DNA from: Octopus vulgaris
Taxonomy: Eukaryota
Length of the DNA: 64,000 nt
Reading direction: 5' to 3'
Assembly: GCA_951406725.2 (NCBI GenBank)
Contig: OX597814.1
Span: 160,456,001-160,520,000, forward strand
Shown here piece after piece: positions 13,724 through 26,963 of the stretch (its first letter is position 1; each line of letters starts with the position of its first letter). Below the pieces are notes generated by a model. The model had not been told where the DNA came from and made no database searches. It saw only the letters and a list, made by a program, of their open reading frames with translations. The position numbers were made by a program, and so were the translations under genes.

Positions 13724-14059
13724 TCTCATGTACCTACTTTCTCATCTTCATACATTATGCGTTTCTCTTTGTTGATAGCTAAAATTTTTCCCCTTCTTCT
13801 TCTTTTCCTGCTCCTCCTCCTCCTCCTCTTTTTACTTCTCTTCCTTTAAAACACGAAAAGAGCATGGGAGCTGTACGAAATGAAACCAAGTCACAAAGAA
13901 AAGAAGGCTGCAGGTAGAAAAAAATATGGAAACAAGGAATTTTTTCAAAAAACACCGAAATTTGGAAATCATAGTCCTCTCAATTTAATCCATTTCTATT
14001 TTCCAGCTTTCAACTCACTCCTTCCCCATATATACACACATCTATACATACACACACAC

Positions 14060-14092
<33 letters not shown>

Positions 14093-14260
14093 TATATAAT
14101 TATATATATATACATGCACACATACATATAGATGCTCACATAAACATCGCTTTCTATTTGTGTATTTCACAATCAATGCATGACTCAACTTTTCCTTTTC
14201 AAAGGACGTGAGGATGGGTGTATGTATGTACGTATGGATTTATGTATGTATGTATGTATG

Positions 14261-14315
<55 letters not shown>

Positions 14316-14629
14316 GATTGTGTGTCTGTGTATACGAATACACATGCTTGTGTATATCTTTCTCCATACGTGTGTGTGTGTGCGCGCGCACACACGAAAG
14401 TGTGAGTGATCGTATAATCTTTAGATATACTATTTTCTTTACCTGTCTCTAGGCCTCTGTCAAACCGTGCTATCTATTCATTTATCCTATATATGCATCC
14501 ATTTACCTATGTGTTCAGCCGGAATGAATAAAAATTTAGTGTACGCATTTAAAGCAACATTAAATTAAAATAGTCATCTATCTATCGTATTTAACGTATG
14601 TACTTCGTTGGCAATTTTTGGCTGAGCCT

Positions 14630-14958
14630 TGTCAATGTCAATAGCCGATAACGGGACGATTTTTGCATGTCAACAATGTGTATACGTTTCATATGATACA
14701 TAGATGGCTATTTTAATTTAATGTTGCTTCAGTTACGTACATCGAGTTCTTATTCAACCCGGCGGGTATTCGAACTATCAGTGCATGTATTATTCACCGT
14801 TCTAACTGCAAGGTACACTTCATTCATACGGCAAACTGAAATGCATCTAACGTTCTTGCTAACCACTGGCGAGAAAATTTTGGGTTTCTTTCCTATATAT
14901 CTTGTGTTTTTAATACAGCACGTCTATAAGATATTTTATCTCGAAAGAAGACTGCAGC

Positions 14959-15036
<78 letters not shown>

Positions 15037-15265
15037 TGTGTGTGAGTGTCTGGTCCTGCGTTGTTGATGCTTTGTATTTCCAGGAAGGAAAGGTTATGTT
15101 GCATCGTTTCAGGTAGTCTTTTAGTTAGGTAGTCTCTGAAGTGCAAGAGTGGCCTTCCTATTGGGAATAGACCTAACAGAGGTTGCTTCGGAATTCTAAT
15201 ATCACTCATACGTGAGAGACGACCTGACCGCCAAAGCTGTATTTTGATGATGAGGACTTTCAATA
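14630..15265 (-). mobile_element. RTE-clade LINE 3' fragment, interrupted by (GT)n
   Basis: KVLIIKIQLWRSGRLSRMSDIRIPKQPLLG..PIGRPLLHFRD matches the RTE post-RT motif QLRWAGHVVRMxDxRIPKQLLYG..GRPxxRxKD. Confidence 0.75.
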
Positions 15266-15334
15266 ATTGATATAATATATGAAGAATAACTGAACACTTT
15301 TGTGGGATATTTATTATATTTTAACAGACGACGG

Positions 15335-15380
15335 GACAGTCTGACGAAAGCTTGCAAGGCGAAACTTCGAAGTCACTGTC
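15335..15380 (+). ncRNA. Type I minimal hammerhead ribozyme (Penelope-type)
   Basis: GACAGT-CTGACGA-AA-GCTT(GCA)AGGC-GAAA-CTTCGAAG-TC|-ACTGTC. Perfect 6-bp stem I, intact core, palindromic stem III ACTTCGAAGT, GUC cleavage site after 15374. Confidence 0.8.
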
Positions 15381-15387
15381 ACCCTTC

Positions 15388-15813
15388 GAATCTTTTCGGT
15401 TTGACCGGCAGTTTTTTAAAATAATTTCCACGTAACTAAACACTTTTAAACTTCGTTTACTGGTAGAATGTGTTTATAAAACATCTTTTTCTCTTGGCTT
15501 TATTGAGAAAATTCTATACTTTGTAAGATATTTGTTGTTGTTTTTTCTTCAATTTCTGCAATTTCAACCAATCAATGACGTTTATTGAGGTAAAAAAAAC
15601 ATTCTGTGCCGTATGAATATGTCCCTCGTTTAAGAAACAGATTGGGTTTATTTACATTTGTGAAGAAAAAAAGATACCCTTCCCCCACCCCCACCCCCAC
15701 CCCTAACCCTAAAACAGATTGAAATGCAATAGATCGATACTAGGGTCATAATTATGGGTGACACTTTCATATGACACCGCTAGAAAAAACTGCCGTTCAA
15801 ACCGAAAAGATCC
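15388..15813. mobile_element. Merlin-type MITE copy 1 (426 bp) with internal telomeric repeats
   Basis: About 30-bp TIR G(A)ATCTTTTCGGTTTGACCGGCAGTTTTTT / AAAAAACTGCCGTTCAAACCGAAAAGATCC. 8-bp TSD CACCCTTC at 15380-87 and 15814-21. Internal (CCCCCA)3(CCCTAA)2. Confidence 0.85.
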
Positions 15814-15918
15814 CACCCTTCTTCTAATACTGTAAAAAAATGTATTGTTTGTGTGTACGTGTATGTGTGCGCGCACGTATGTGCGTGTCTGCAGGAGCGT
15901 GTGAGTATGTGTGTGTGT

Positions 15919-15978
<60 letters not shown>

Positions 15979-16664
15979 ATGTGTATGAGTATTTTAAAAC
16001 TCTGTAGTTAAGCTCGAAATTGAAAAGAGAGTATCGAATGCTAACACTCTTCTTGCATCCCGTATGTTGGTTGCAGTGTCGTGCGTGCAATGATCTAATA
16101 TAATATAAAATTAATGATAGAATTTTTTTTTTTTTTTTTTTTATGATACCATTTTTTTGTTTTTTTCCTTTTATTGTCAAACCTTCTACATTCCTTTCTT
16201 GAAATTTATTTATTTATTTCTGACTTTTTGTGTTTTTTACATTTTTTTTTTTTTTTTTTCTTGAAATTTAACTTTCTTTTGATATGCTCCTTGCTTACCT
16301 CAAGGACACAAGGAGTTTTAAGAAAATGCTGGTGTTTAAGAGACTTTCCCATTAATTTTTATTTCTGAGAGAATGGGAACAGGAAGAAACGTTACAAATG
16401 TACGCAACAACTTGGTAACTGGAATGAGGAAAGCTCTTAGTAGTCATGGTTACTCATCCTAAGACAATACATCGGGCAGAACGCCGAAATCGCTCACTCG
16501 CTGTTTATATGTTCTCAGCCCGCTTCCTCACCATTCCACCCCCACCTCACCCCACCGTCTATAACCACTCTCTTGCTCTTTTATTGTAAACACTCTCAAC
16601 CATTCACATTCATTTATCCTTTCTTTCTTTGTTTAGTTTTCCTCCATTTCTGTGGTTTCCACTC

Positions 16665-16837
16665 TTCTTCTTCTTCTACCTCTTTTTCTTCTTCTTCTTT
16701 TTCTTTTTCTTCTTCTTCTTTTTCTTCTTCTTCTTTCTTCTTCTTCTTCTTCTTCTTCTTCTTCTTCTTCTTCTTCTTCTTCTTCTTCTTCTTCTTCTTC
16801 TTTTTCTTTTTCTCTTCTTCTTTTTCTTCTTCTTCTT

Positions 16838-16917
<80 letters not shown>

Positions 16918-16937
16918 CATCATCATCATCATCATCA

Positions 16938-16995
<58 letters not shown>

Positions 16996-16997
16996 CA

Positions 16998-17040
<43 letters not shown>

Positions 17041-17080
17041 CATCATTATTATTATTATTATTCTACTTCTTCTTCTTCTT
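16665..17080. repeat. Large compound (TTC)n-(TTA)n-(TCA)n microsatellite
   Basis: Directly visible. Confidence 0.97.
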
Positions 17081-17760
17081 CCCCCATTTTCCCGCTCTTT
17101 CTTACTCTCTCTTTTTGCCTCTCTCTCTCTTTCTCTCTCTCTCTCTTTCTCTCGCTCTACTTTTGTTACTTTTTTTGTCATTTTATGACTTTATATGCTC
17201 ATATGTTGCACATTTTCTTTCGCTGTTTCTTTGCATGTCATCACCACCACCACCAACAACAACAACAGCTACCACAACGCCACCACCATCCCACTAACCC
17301 CTCTTAATTATTCTTCACTATCTTTCTCCCTATCTATCTATTTATCAATCTGTCTATCTATCAATTTCTCCCTCTTTCTCTCTCTCTCTATCTATCTATC
17401 CATCCATCTATCAATCTTTTCCCGCTCACTTTTCACATACACATATTAGCAAAGGAAGTCAATATTTCCATACAATATCTTTCTATGATTTTTGCTTGTT
17501 CTCTTTATGTTCTTCCTGCTCCCGCTCCCCCTCCTCCTCCTCCTCTCCTGCTACTCCTAATTTTCCATCAATAACAACCAGAAATAATTACAACGTGAGG
17601 AATATTTGGAAGAACTAACCTAGTTCTAACAGTCGATCAACAACCAATATTTCACAACATGATCTAAACGATTTAATTCTCACATACCTCTTACGCACAA
17701 TCAGACAAGACCTCAGATATCGATGAATGTATACATTTTCTAAACTTACATATATACATG

Positions 17761-17800
<40 letters not shown>

Positions 17801-17826
17801 CATACATACATACATACATACATACA

Positions 17827-17860
<34 letters not shown>

Positions 17861-17887
17861 CACATAAATATATATGCATATATATAT

Positions 17888-18200
17888 AACGGGAAGCTTT
17901 ATGAAAATAGACAAAAGACGAAGGCAGGTGGAAAACAAACAAACACTTGTATTAGTATGGCGCTCATGAAATATAAATAAAACAAGTCTTTAACGTTTCG
18001 AGCCTACGCTCTTCAACAGAAAGATACACAGAGAGAAAAAAAACACAGAAAGAAGGAGAGAAAAAAAATGCGTGCAGTAACTAACGAATCAACATGGCGA
18101 TCTGATTTCGGCCAGAGGTCAAAGATCAAACATGAGACGCGAGAGCGAAATAAGGGGAGATAATAGGGTTGATAATAGGGTACATGTACGTACGTACTCA
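17888..18200 (-). mobile_element. Penelope-like pseudo-LTR fragment with hammerhead-like motif at 17987-18024
   Basis: Minus strand TCTTT-CTGTTGA-A-GAGC(GTAG)GCTC-GAAACGTT-AAAGA. Homologous to 20575-20780 and 61010-61200. Confidence 0.7.
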
Positions 18201-18259
18201 CACACACACACATACACACATATATATAAATATATATATATATAAATATATATATATTT

Positions 18260-18315
<56 letters not shown>

Positions 18316-18407
18316 ATAAATATACATACACACATACATACTTAAATATACATGTATACACACAAATATACATGCGCGTGCATGACGAAAGGCGAAACAT
18401 CTGGCCA

Positions 18408-18475
<68 letters not shown>

Positions 18476-19459
18476 TATATAAGTGTGTGTGTACGTACAC
18501 GTATATGTGTGTGTATTAAAATTTTTAAAAAGAACAAAAAGTATAACTAAAATCAATGTAACCAATGCACAAAGTATTTCTTCATTATGAAAACAATGAC
18601 TCATTTATCACTATGAGAGACCCTCTTCTTCAATTTATCTTTAAAATATTAACCATTAATGTACAACTTAAAATGAATCACCCTTACACACGCACACACA
18701 CATACACACACACACACACACACTCAAATACACACACAAGTGCACACACGCACTTATAGATTTTGTATCAAGCTCATTCCCATACATGTATGCTGTGATT
18801 TTGTTCAATACACTACGTCCAAGAACCTTAAAGGTTTGATTTTTCTTGATGACTACAACAAGCCTAGTTTCACAAACTACAAATCAAAGCAGGAGTTTCT
18901 ACGCGGTTTCTCTTCTTGCTAGCTATAGCTACCAAATCTCACTCACATTACAACCGCTTCAGATAAGGTGGGACACGTTGAACAATGTGGACCCTGGTAT
19001 AAATTTTTCTTCTTTTTCATTTGCTGAGTACGGAGGAAAGAGTATTGCCCATGACATTTTTGTGGCCTTTTAAGACCGATGAGCTTGAGGTCATTAATTT
19101 CCCATGTAAACTGTAGCAAGATAAGACATGCAAAAAAGACATGAGTAAAGAGCAGATCCGAGATGACTGATATTCTGGGGCGGTTTCACTGGACAATGTA
19201 CGAACGGAGCGGAGAGGGTGTTGGACACAGCAATGGTAATGAGAGTGGAGAAGGCAGTGAGTTGGAGTACTTGAGTATTGTAAATGCAAACCCAATCTAC
19301 AAAATCCATTGTACAGATGGTGATGGAGATGTTTCGACCAACAGCTTCCAATTTGAGCGGGCAATGGTCCACAAATATGACCTGGTCATAGCGTAAAGAA
19401 CTTTACTACGTGGTACTGTGAAGCTGGGCATGGCATATGCAAATAGTGGCCAAAAACGA

Positions 19460-19504
<45 letters not shown>

Positions 19505-19664
19505 TGTGCGTGCGTGTGTGTATGTGTGTGTGTATGCGTATGTATGCGCGCACTCATATATCTATGTAAATATGTATGTATCTATATATGTTTGTATCTA
19601 TTCCGATAATATTATTCACGTAACGCAACTCACTCCTTGCTTCGAACTATGAATACTATATACA

Positions 19665-19835
19665 GGCGTAGGAGTGGCTGTATGGTAAGTAGCTTGCTTA
19701 CCAACCACATGGTTCCGGGTTCAGTCCCACTACGTGGCACCTAAGGGCAAGTGTCTCCTACTATAGCCTCGGGCCGTCCAAAGCCTTATGAGTGGATTTG
19801 GGAGACGGAAACTGAAAGAAGACCGTCGTATGTGT

Positions 19836-19869
<34 letters not shown>

Positions 19870-19872
19870 GTG

Positions 19873-19964
<92 letters not shown>

Positions 19965-20155
19965 AACATCACTTGACAACCGATGCTGGTGTGTTTACGT
20001 CCCCGAAACTTAACGGTTCGGCAAAAGAGTTAGATAGAAAAAATACTGGGCTTACAAAGAATAAGTTCTGGGGTCGATTTGCTCGACTAAAGACGATGCT
20101 CCAGCATGGCCGCAGTCAAATGACTGAAACAAGTAAAAGAAAGTAAAAGAAAGAA
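19665..20155 (+). mobile_element. tRNA-derived CORE-domain SINE (family A, octopus OR2-like), full length
   Basis: A-box TGGCTGTATGG, B-box GGTTCAGTCCC, CORE-like GTGGCACCTAAGGGCAAGTGTCT, central (TG)n, tail CCAGCATGGCCGCAGTCAAATGACTGAAACAAGTAAAAG. Confidence 0.85.
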
Positions 20156-20254
20156 ATGTCAAATATTTTGATGACCTTTTATACTAAAATCATAATATCG
20201 CGTGGATTAGATTGCAGTATATACCTGCCTATGGTGATGGGTGGACAGAAGAAA

Positions 20255-20548
20255 TATATACACTGCAACAGCTTTGGTTTTCAAGGGCCCACAGCTCTTC
20301 AATATCCTTCCAAAATGTGCCTGAAAGACCTGCATGTTGTGGATGTAAGTGTCTTTAAAACAAAACTGGATCTCTTCCTGTGAAGGGTTCCAAACGAGCC
20401 TATCTCACGGCAGTAAAAATAGATGAGGGCAGCGGCATCAAACTCCCTCATTGACCAAATCCCATATATCAGAGAAGGTTTCAAATAATGGTGTAGCTCA
20501 ATCAACGGTGGTGCCCCAGCATAACCGCAGCTTCCAAGCTGAAACATT
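20255..20548 (+). mobile_element. CR1-clade LINE 3' end
   Basis: NSFGF.GPQLFNILPKCLKDLHVVDVSVFKTKLDLFL*RVPNEP...RAAASNSLIDQ is a CR1-type ORF2 C-terminus. It is followed by the tail GGTGCCCCAGCATAACCGCAGCTTCCAAGCTGAAAC. Confidence 0.8.
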
Positions 20549-20574
20549 TTAAAGATTTATATATATATATATAT

Positions 20575-20780
20575 AGGGAAAGTTCACGAAAAAAACAAAA
20601 GACGAAGACAGGTGGTGTATAAAACAACCAGATGTATTAGTATAACGCTTAGGAAATTGAAAAAGTCTTTTACGTTTCGAGCTTACGCTCTTCTCCAGAA
20701 AGGGACACAGAAAAAAACAAGGAGAGAAACAAGGAGAGTAAAAATGTGTGTAGTGGCTAACGATCTATCATGGCGATATA
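20575..20780 (-). mobile_element. Penelope-like pseudo-LTR fragment with hammerhead-like motif at 20667-20702
   Basis: Minus strand CTTT-CTGGAGA-A-GAGC(GTAA)GCTC-GAAACGTA-AAAG. Confidence 0.7.
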
Positions 20781-20807
20781 GATATACAGATAGATAGATA
20801 GATAGAT

Positions 20808-20890
<83 letters not shown>

Positions 20891-21142
20891 TGAGTACTAC
20901 CTTAGAGAATTGCTTCTTTCGTTTTACTTCTGTAAACGAATGTAAGACGTGTGTGTATATGTGTATACATTTACGTACGTATCTATGTATGCATATATTT
21001 TGTATGTATTTATACACGAGTGTATGTGTGAGTGCGTGCGTGTATGTCTGAGTTTAAAAAGCATTAGACAGTTTTCCTCCCAGTCCAAGAGATTTCTTCG
21101 AAGTTATAACGAAGAAATTCAAGTACATTCGATATACGATAT

Positions 21143-21216
<74 letters not shown>

Positions 21217-21551
21217 CATTTTGTAGTTGTGGAGATTGTAACTGTTTTAGTTGTTGTTGCTGCTACTGCTGCTGCTACTGCTGCTGCTACTGCTGCTGCT
21301 ACTGCTGCTGCTACTGCTGCTGCTGCTGCTGCTGCTGTCGCTGCTACTAATGCTGCTGATTCCTCAGTTCAAAAGTGCTTATTTATTTAACATAGTTGAT
21401 TGGTTCCAGAACGGCCGGTATTTCTAACGGAAAGCTTGTTTATAGCTGTACAGTGATTACAAGTTTGAATTGTGACCAGACAGCGTAAGCAAAAGCTGAC
21501 TGCAACTGTCGTCAACCACAGAAGTTGAACGTTGCATACATACACACACAC

Positions 21552-21582
<31 letters not shown>

Positions 21583-22186
21583 AATATGTCCAGATCTGTA
21601 TATATTTGTATTTGTGGTGGTGCCTGTCAGCAATGAGCTAATGTGACTAGCCACAAATTGTATAATAATGACTGCAAAATAGAGATCTAAATTAGATGTC
21701 TGCTTTGAGTAAAGAATTGTGCATTGAAGCAACTGGATTAGATGGCGGTAAATACCAGCCTATAGTGATGCGCGGACGCGCATATGTCAGTGGAAGATGA
21801 AAAAAAAAAAGGGAGTAGAAGGTTGAAGAACAGAAACAGTTTAAGCGCTGTGTGGGAGAGGGGGGAAAAGATGACGAAAGAGATAGTGAGAGGGGTGGAG
21901 AGAAAGATACAGGGAGAGGGAGAGAGAGAGTGAATGGGTGAGATGACGAAAGAAGACTAACGATTGGAAGATTAAATAAGAGGAAGAAATATAAGGAAGA
22001 ACAAACTGGAAGAAAAGGCGCTCGTTGCAAAACAGCCTTGGTTTTATATTGTGATATATCGAAGAGGGGGAGTATATAAGCAGAGTGAGCTGACAAATAT
22101 TGGAGCTGGCAGGGATATAAACAGTAAATTACGCGATGGTGGTGGCGGCGGTGTTGGTGGTGGTAGTGATGGTGGTGGCGGTGGTG

Positions 22187-22218
<32 letters not shown>

Positions 22219-22377
22219 GGTGGTGGTGGTGTATAATTGTAGAAAGACGGAGAACGAGCACGGTGACACATTCAAGTACTCACTTCACGTGTGTTTACAT
22301 AAAAGACTTATGTGCATTCATATATATATATATTGATGCATGCACACAACAGTATATATATATATGTGTGAGTGTGC

Positions 22378-22423
<46 letters not shown>

Positions 22424-23584
22424 TTTTGCGTGCCTACATTTTCACATTTTTGTACTGATGCGCATGCACACATATTTAATATATTCACACGGTGCCCTAG
22501 CATGGCCACAGCTCAAGAGCTGAAACTGGAAAACGTAAACATAAATAAACACACACGCACAAAGATAGATAGACAGATAGATGGACAGATACATACATAC
22601 ATGCATACATACATACATACATACATACATACATACATACATACACACACACATACATACATACACACACACACACATACATACATACATACATACATAC
22701 ATGCATGCATGCATACATACATACATACATACATACATACATACATACACACATACACACATACATACATACATACATACATACACACATACACACATAC
22801 ATACATACATACATACATACATACATACATACATACATACATACATACATACATACACACATACATACATACATACATACATACATACATACATACATAC
22901 ATGCATGCATGCATGCATACATGCATACATACATACATACATACATGCATGCATGCATGCATGCATACATGCATACATACATACATACATACATACATAC
23001 ACACATACATACATACATACACACATACATACATACATACATACATACATACATACATACATACATACATACATACATGCATCACGATGTACATCTCCAT
23101 GTCAGTATGTAAATGTGAATGATCGTAGCTTAGAGTGTGTTGTGTGTGTGTGTTTGTGTGTATGAATGCACCTTTATAATTAACACCAGTTGTACTGTAC
23201 GCCGTTGGTATTATTGTTGTTGTTGTTGTTGTTTTTGATGGTGGTGGTGGTATTGCCTTTGTTGTTGTTGTTGTTTTGCCCCAGGTTGTCTCTGATAGAG
23301 AAGAACTATGGTCAGCTTCTTTCCTGCTATGTCCACATCGTCATCTACACTAGAAATTAAACTGGACTTCTGTCGTTACTCATCCCCACAACACGTTACG
23401 GCTCATTAGAAGGGATATTGCTGCTATTTCTAGGAGATTTAACGACCACGAAGAAACGTTCTGGTCGATTCGCACTACCGCAAGTTCGATCCACGTCTAA
23501 AACTCAGCAATTTTTTTTTTTTGTCATTTTCGGTGGTAAAACATGAAAACCATTCATTCTTAGTTTAAATATACCCCCATTCCA

Positions 23585-23909
23585 CTGTGTGGTAAGAAGC
23601 TTGCTTCCCAACCACATGGTTCGGGGTTCAGTCCTACTGCGTGGCACATTGGGCGAGTGTCTTCTACTATATACCCTTGTGCTGACCAGAGCCTTGTGAA
23701 TGTATTTGGTAGACGGAAACTGAAAGAAGCCCGTCATATATATATATGTGCGTGTGTGTGTGTCTACCCCCCACCACCACCACCGCTTGACAACCGGTAT
23801 TAGTTGGTTTACATCCCCGTAACTTAGCGGTTCGCCTTAGACACCGATAAAATAAGCAACATGCTTTAGAATACAAGTCCAGGGATCGATTCATTCGACT
23901 AAAATTCTT

Positions 23910-23913
<4 letters not shown>
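23585..23913 (+). mobile_element. CORE-SINE family A copy
   Basis: TGTGTGGTAAGAAGCTTGCTTCCCAACCACATGGTTCGGGGTTCAGTCC...GGTAGACGGAAACTGAAAGAAGCCCGTC...CCGCTTGACAACCGG. Confidence 0.85.
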
Positions 23914-23957
<44 letters not shown>

Positions 23958-23977
23958 AAGATATATATATATATATA

Positions 23978-24210
23978 TATTTCTTTACTACCCACAAGGG
24001 GCTAAACACAGAGGAGACAAACAAGGACAGACAAACGGATTAAGTCGATTACATCGACCCTAGTGCGTAACTGGTACTTAATTCATCGACCCTGAAAGGA
24101 TGAAAGGCAAAGTCGACCTCGGCGGAATTTGAACCCAGAACGTAACGGCAGACGAAATACGGCTACGCATTTCGCCCGGCGTGCTAACGTTTCTGCCAGC
24201 TCGCCGCCTT
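23978..24210 (-). mobile_element. tRNA-derived Meta-domain SINE (family B), full length
   Basis: Minus strand GGCGGCGAGCTGGCAGAAACGTTAGCAC..GGTTCAAATTCC..GTCGACTTTGCCTTTCATCCTTTCAGGGTCGATGAATTAAGTACCAG (Meta-domain motif), ending AGCCCCTTGTGGGTAGTAAAGAA. Confidence 0.85.
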
Positions 24211-24249
24211 GATCGATTGTTATGCCCCAGGTTGTCTCTGATAGAGAAG

Positions 24250-24288
<39 letters not shown>

Positions 24289-25329
24289 TGCATATATGTA
24301 TGTGTGTATGCATGCATGCATGTATGTATGAACATATGTATATGTAAGTACGTATGTGTGTGTGTGCCTGTATGCAAATATATATGAATGTATGTATGAT
24401 TGGTATGATTGTATGCATTGCTTGAATGCTTGTATACACTTTTTCACACTCACACAAACAGAAACATACATAGAGAGAAAAATAGCAAGCGAGTAGAAGA
24501 GGGAATAGAAGTGACAATAAAGAAAAAGATTGAGTGTATGCGTGCGTATGTGTATATGTGCGTGTTTATTCATGAGTGTATGGCTGCGGTTGTGTGTTTT
24601 GTTAGTATATATGTATGTGCGTGTATATACATATATATGCGTACACACACACACATATACACACAGACACAAACAAACAAGCAAACGTGATGAATGCAAA
24701 AAGAGGGAGAGTCAAAGGGAATGAAGACCCCGCCTAGAGTTGTCGTCTCCCCTTACTGTACCTCCCACCTCCTACTTAACCATTCATAGATGTCTCTAGT
24801 CACTCCTACTTACACAACGCGATGGCATGACAGATAACTAGGGTAAAATCTCCTCTCACCCAGTCACTCAATCTGCTAGAAAGAGCAACCAATTCCCCTT
24901 CATATCGCATCTCACTGTCTTTTAAAAGACAGAGTCGACGCGACAGAAATATCATTGACAATGGCTCTGCGTAGCGACAGTTTGACCTTGAAGGCAAACA
25001 ATATTAACAACGATAGGCCTGCTAGAAAGGTCAACCAAATCTCTCGCAAAATGCTTTCTGACATCTTAAAAAAATTATGGGATGGTCACCGATAGAAAAC
25101 TTCCATTTAATGAAACGCAACTGACATATGAACAATAACGCACATTAACGAAAGTTTCTACTTTCTATCTGTTAAAAATAGCATCCAAAGGTCCTTTAAT
25201 TCACACGCTAGCTGCACTAAAAGCCGGGATGGTCATGACTGGAATGTCTTTGATCATAGGTCTGCTCAATGACATCTGATAAAAAATGAGCTTACCCGAT
25301 GGTCACTTGCAAGCGAGTACGATTTGGTA

Positions 25330-25808
25330 GATTGGACCACGCTTTTTCTAAGTAACTCTAAGTCTCTTTACAGTCGCGAACCGACTGCTTTCCCATCATT
25401 AGCCCCGTTCCATGACGATAGGCCCCTATTCTGGCATGTCACATCCACATGCTGTGACACCTTCTCCAGCGGCAACTTGGTATGTTCAGCTACATCAGCC
25501 CAGGTTCCACCGCTCGTCAGACTAAGAAAAGCAAACTGTCAACGTATTGGTCGCTTTCCGATAGGTCTCTGGTCGAGCCTGTGGCAGTGGAGACCTCCGG
25601 CGTTCTCGGAACCCAGGCCATATCCCTACTCACCGCTATCGGAGTGGAGATGGCTATCCGGTATGTGCGAGCACCATGAATCAGAGTGACTGTTTCACCA
25701 CACCTCCCTTACTATCCCCTGGGGCAACGCCTTTTCCATTTTGTCTGCTGTGACCATGAGGCACTCTGAATTACAGATTGAATAATATTGACAACCAGTA
25801 AAAAAAAA
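25330..25808 (+). mobile_element. CRE-clade non-LTR retrotransposon 3' end (restriction-like endonuclease C-terminus)
   Basis: PFHDDRPLFWHVT..CDTF / ARQTKKSKLSTYWSL / VEPVAVETSGVLG / LFHHTSLTIPWGNAFSIL matches the CRE motifs WDVTC.DT..K..KY..FVPxAVETxG.WG..QRISIAIQRGNA. Short poly(A) at about 25800-25808. Confidence 0.8.
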
Positions 25809-25914
25809 TTGATACCCTATTACCACCTAATGGTGAGCGGCACACCATATTACAAATAAATGTTTAAGTTGATGATTTTTTTTTTCATTTCTTTATATCA
25901 ATCCAGTGTAATAT

Positions 25915-26340
25915 TGATTTCAAATTTTGGCGTAAGGCCAGGATCGACCCCAGTGTTCAACTTAATTCTATCAATCCCGAAAGAAGGAAAAGCAAAGTGA
26001 ACCTCGGCGTAATTTGAGCTAAGAGATGTCGTTAAGCGTTTTGCTCGGTGTGCTAACTATAATGATAATGCTTTTAAATTTTGGCACAAGGCCAGCAATT
26101 TCAGAGTAAGAGGCAAGTCGATTACATCGACCCCAGTACTCAAATGGTGGGGGGGGGCAGTGTTGTGTGTGTGTGTAAACACAAGGACAAACACACACAC
26201 ATACGACAGACTTTCACACAGTTTCCGTCTACCAAATTCACTCACAAGGTATTGCTCATGCTGGTGCCACATTGGACACTTACCCAATGAACCACACCGT
26301 GGGACTGAACCCGAAACCATAACTTGGTTGCAAAGTAGGC
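25915..26340 (-). mobile_element. Cluster of degenerate SINE B and SINE A copies
   Basis: ATCGACCCCAGT, GAACCTCGGCGTAATTTGA, GTTTCCGTCTACCAAATTCACTCACAAGG and GGGACTGAACCCGAAACCAT motifs. Confidence 0.7.
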
Positions 26341-26963
26341 CTAAGATTGTAGAAAAAGACTGTTACAGAATAATTTGCTAAATAGGAAACCACGACACAT
26401 CAAAGTCTATCTGAAAGGGTTATCCACAACTTCCTTCTCAAATTCATTCAAATGTATTCATAAGATTTGAAACGACTTGAACTTACGGTAGAAAACACTT
26501 GCTCAGAAGACTATACAGAACACAGAACCACGTGATTATGAAGCGAATCCCAAGTAACTATGCGTGTATTGAAGACCATAAGGTCCATAGTGGGTGATAA
26601 TGTAGGCATTATGATATATCTTCTTAGGGTCAGTAACATATCTTTTAGACGTACACTAGCATCGATTCAATCGGTTCAACGTTTTCCTCCGCAAAAATAA
26701 TAGCATTCTTTTGGTTAACGCTGAGTCAGCCGAGGTTGAGGAGACCTATGATCAAAAATGTTCTTGTGAATATTATGTATTTTGTATATGCAAGACTACA
26801 TAAATAAAAGTAACAGTCAAACCTCCTTTATAATGGGGAAGGACACATTTAACAACAGAGTAATTTGAGAAATTCATTCTGCTCCTAACTATTGAATCTT
26901 GATGTCACCACTTTTCCTTGTGTAATCTTTTGCCTTAAGTGCATCTAGCAGAGTTCATTCTGT

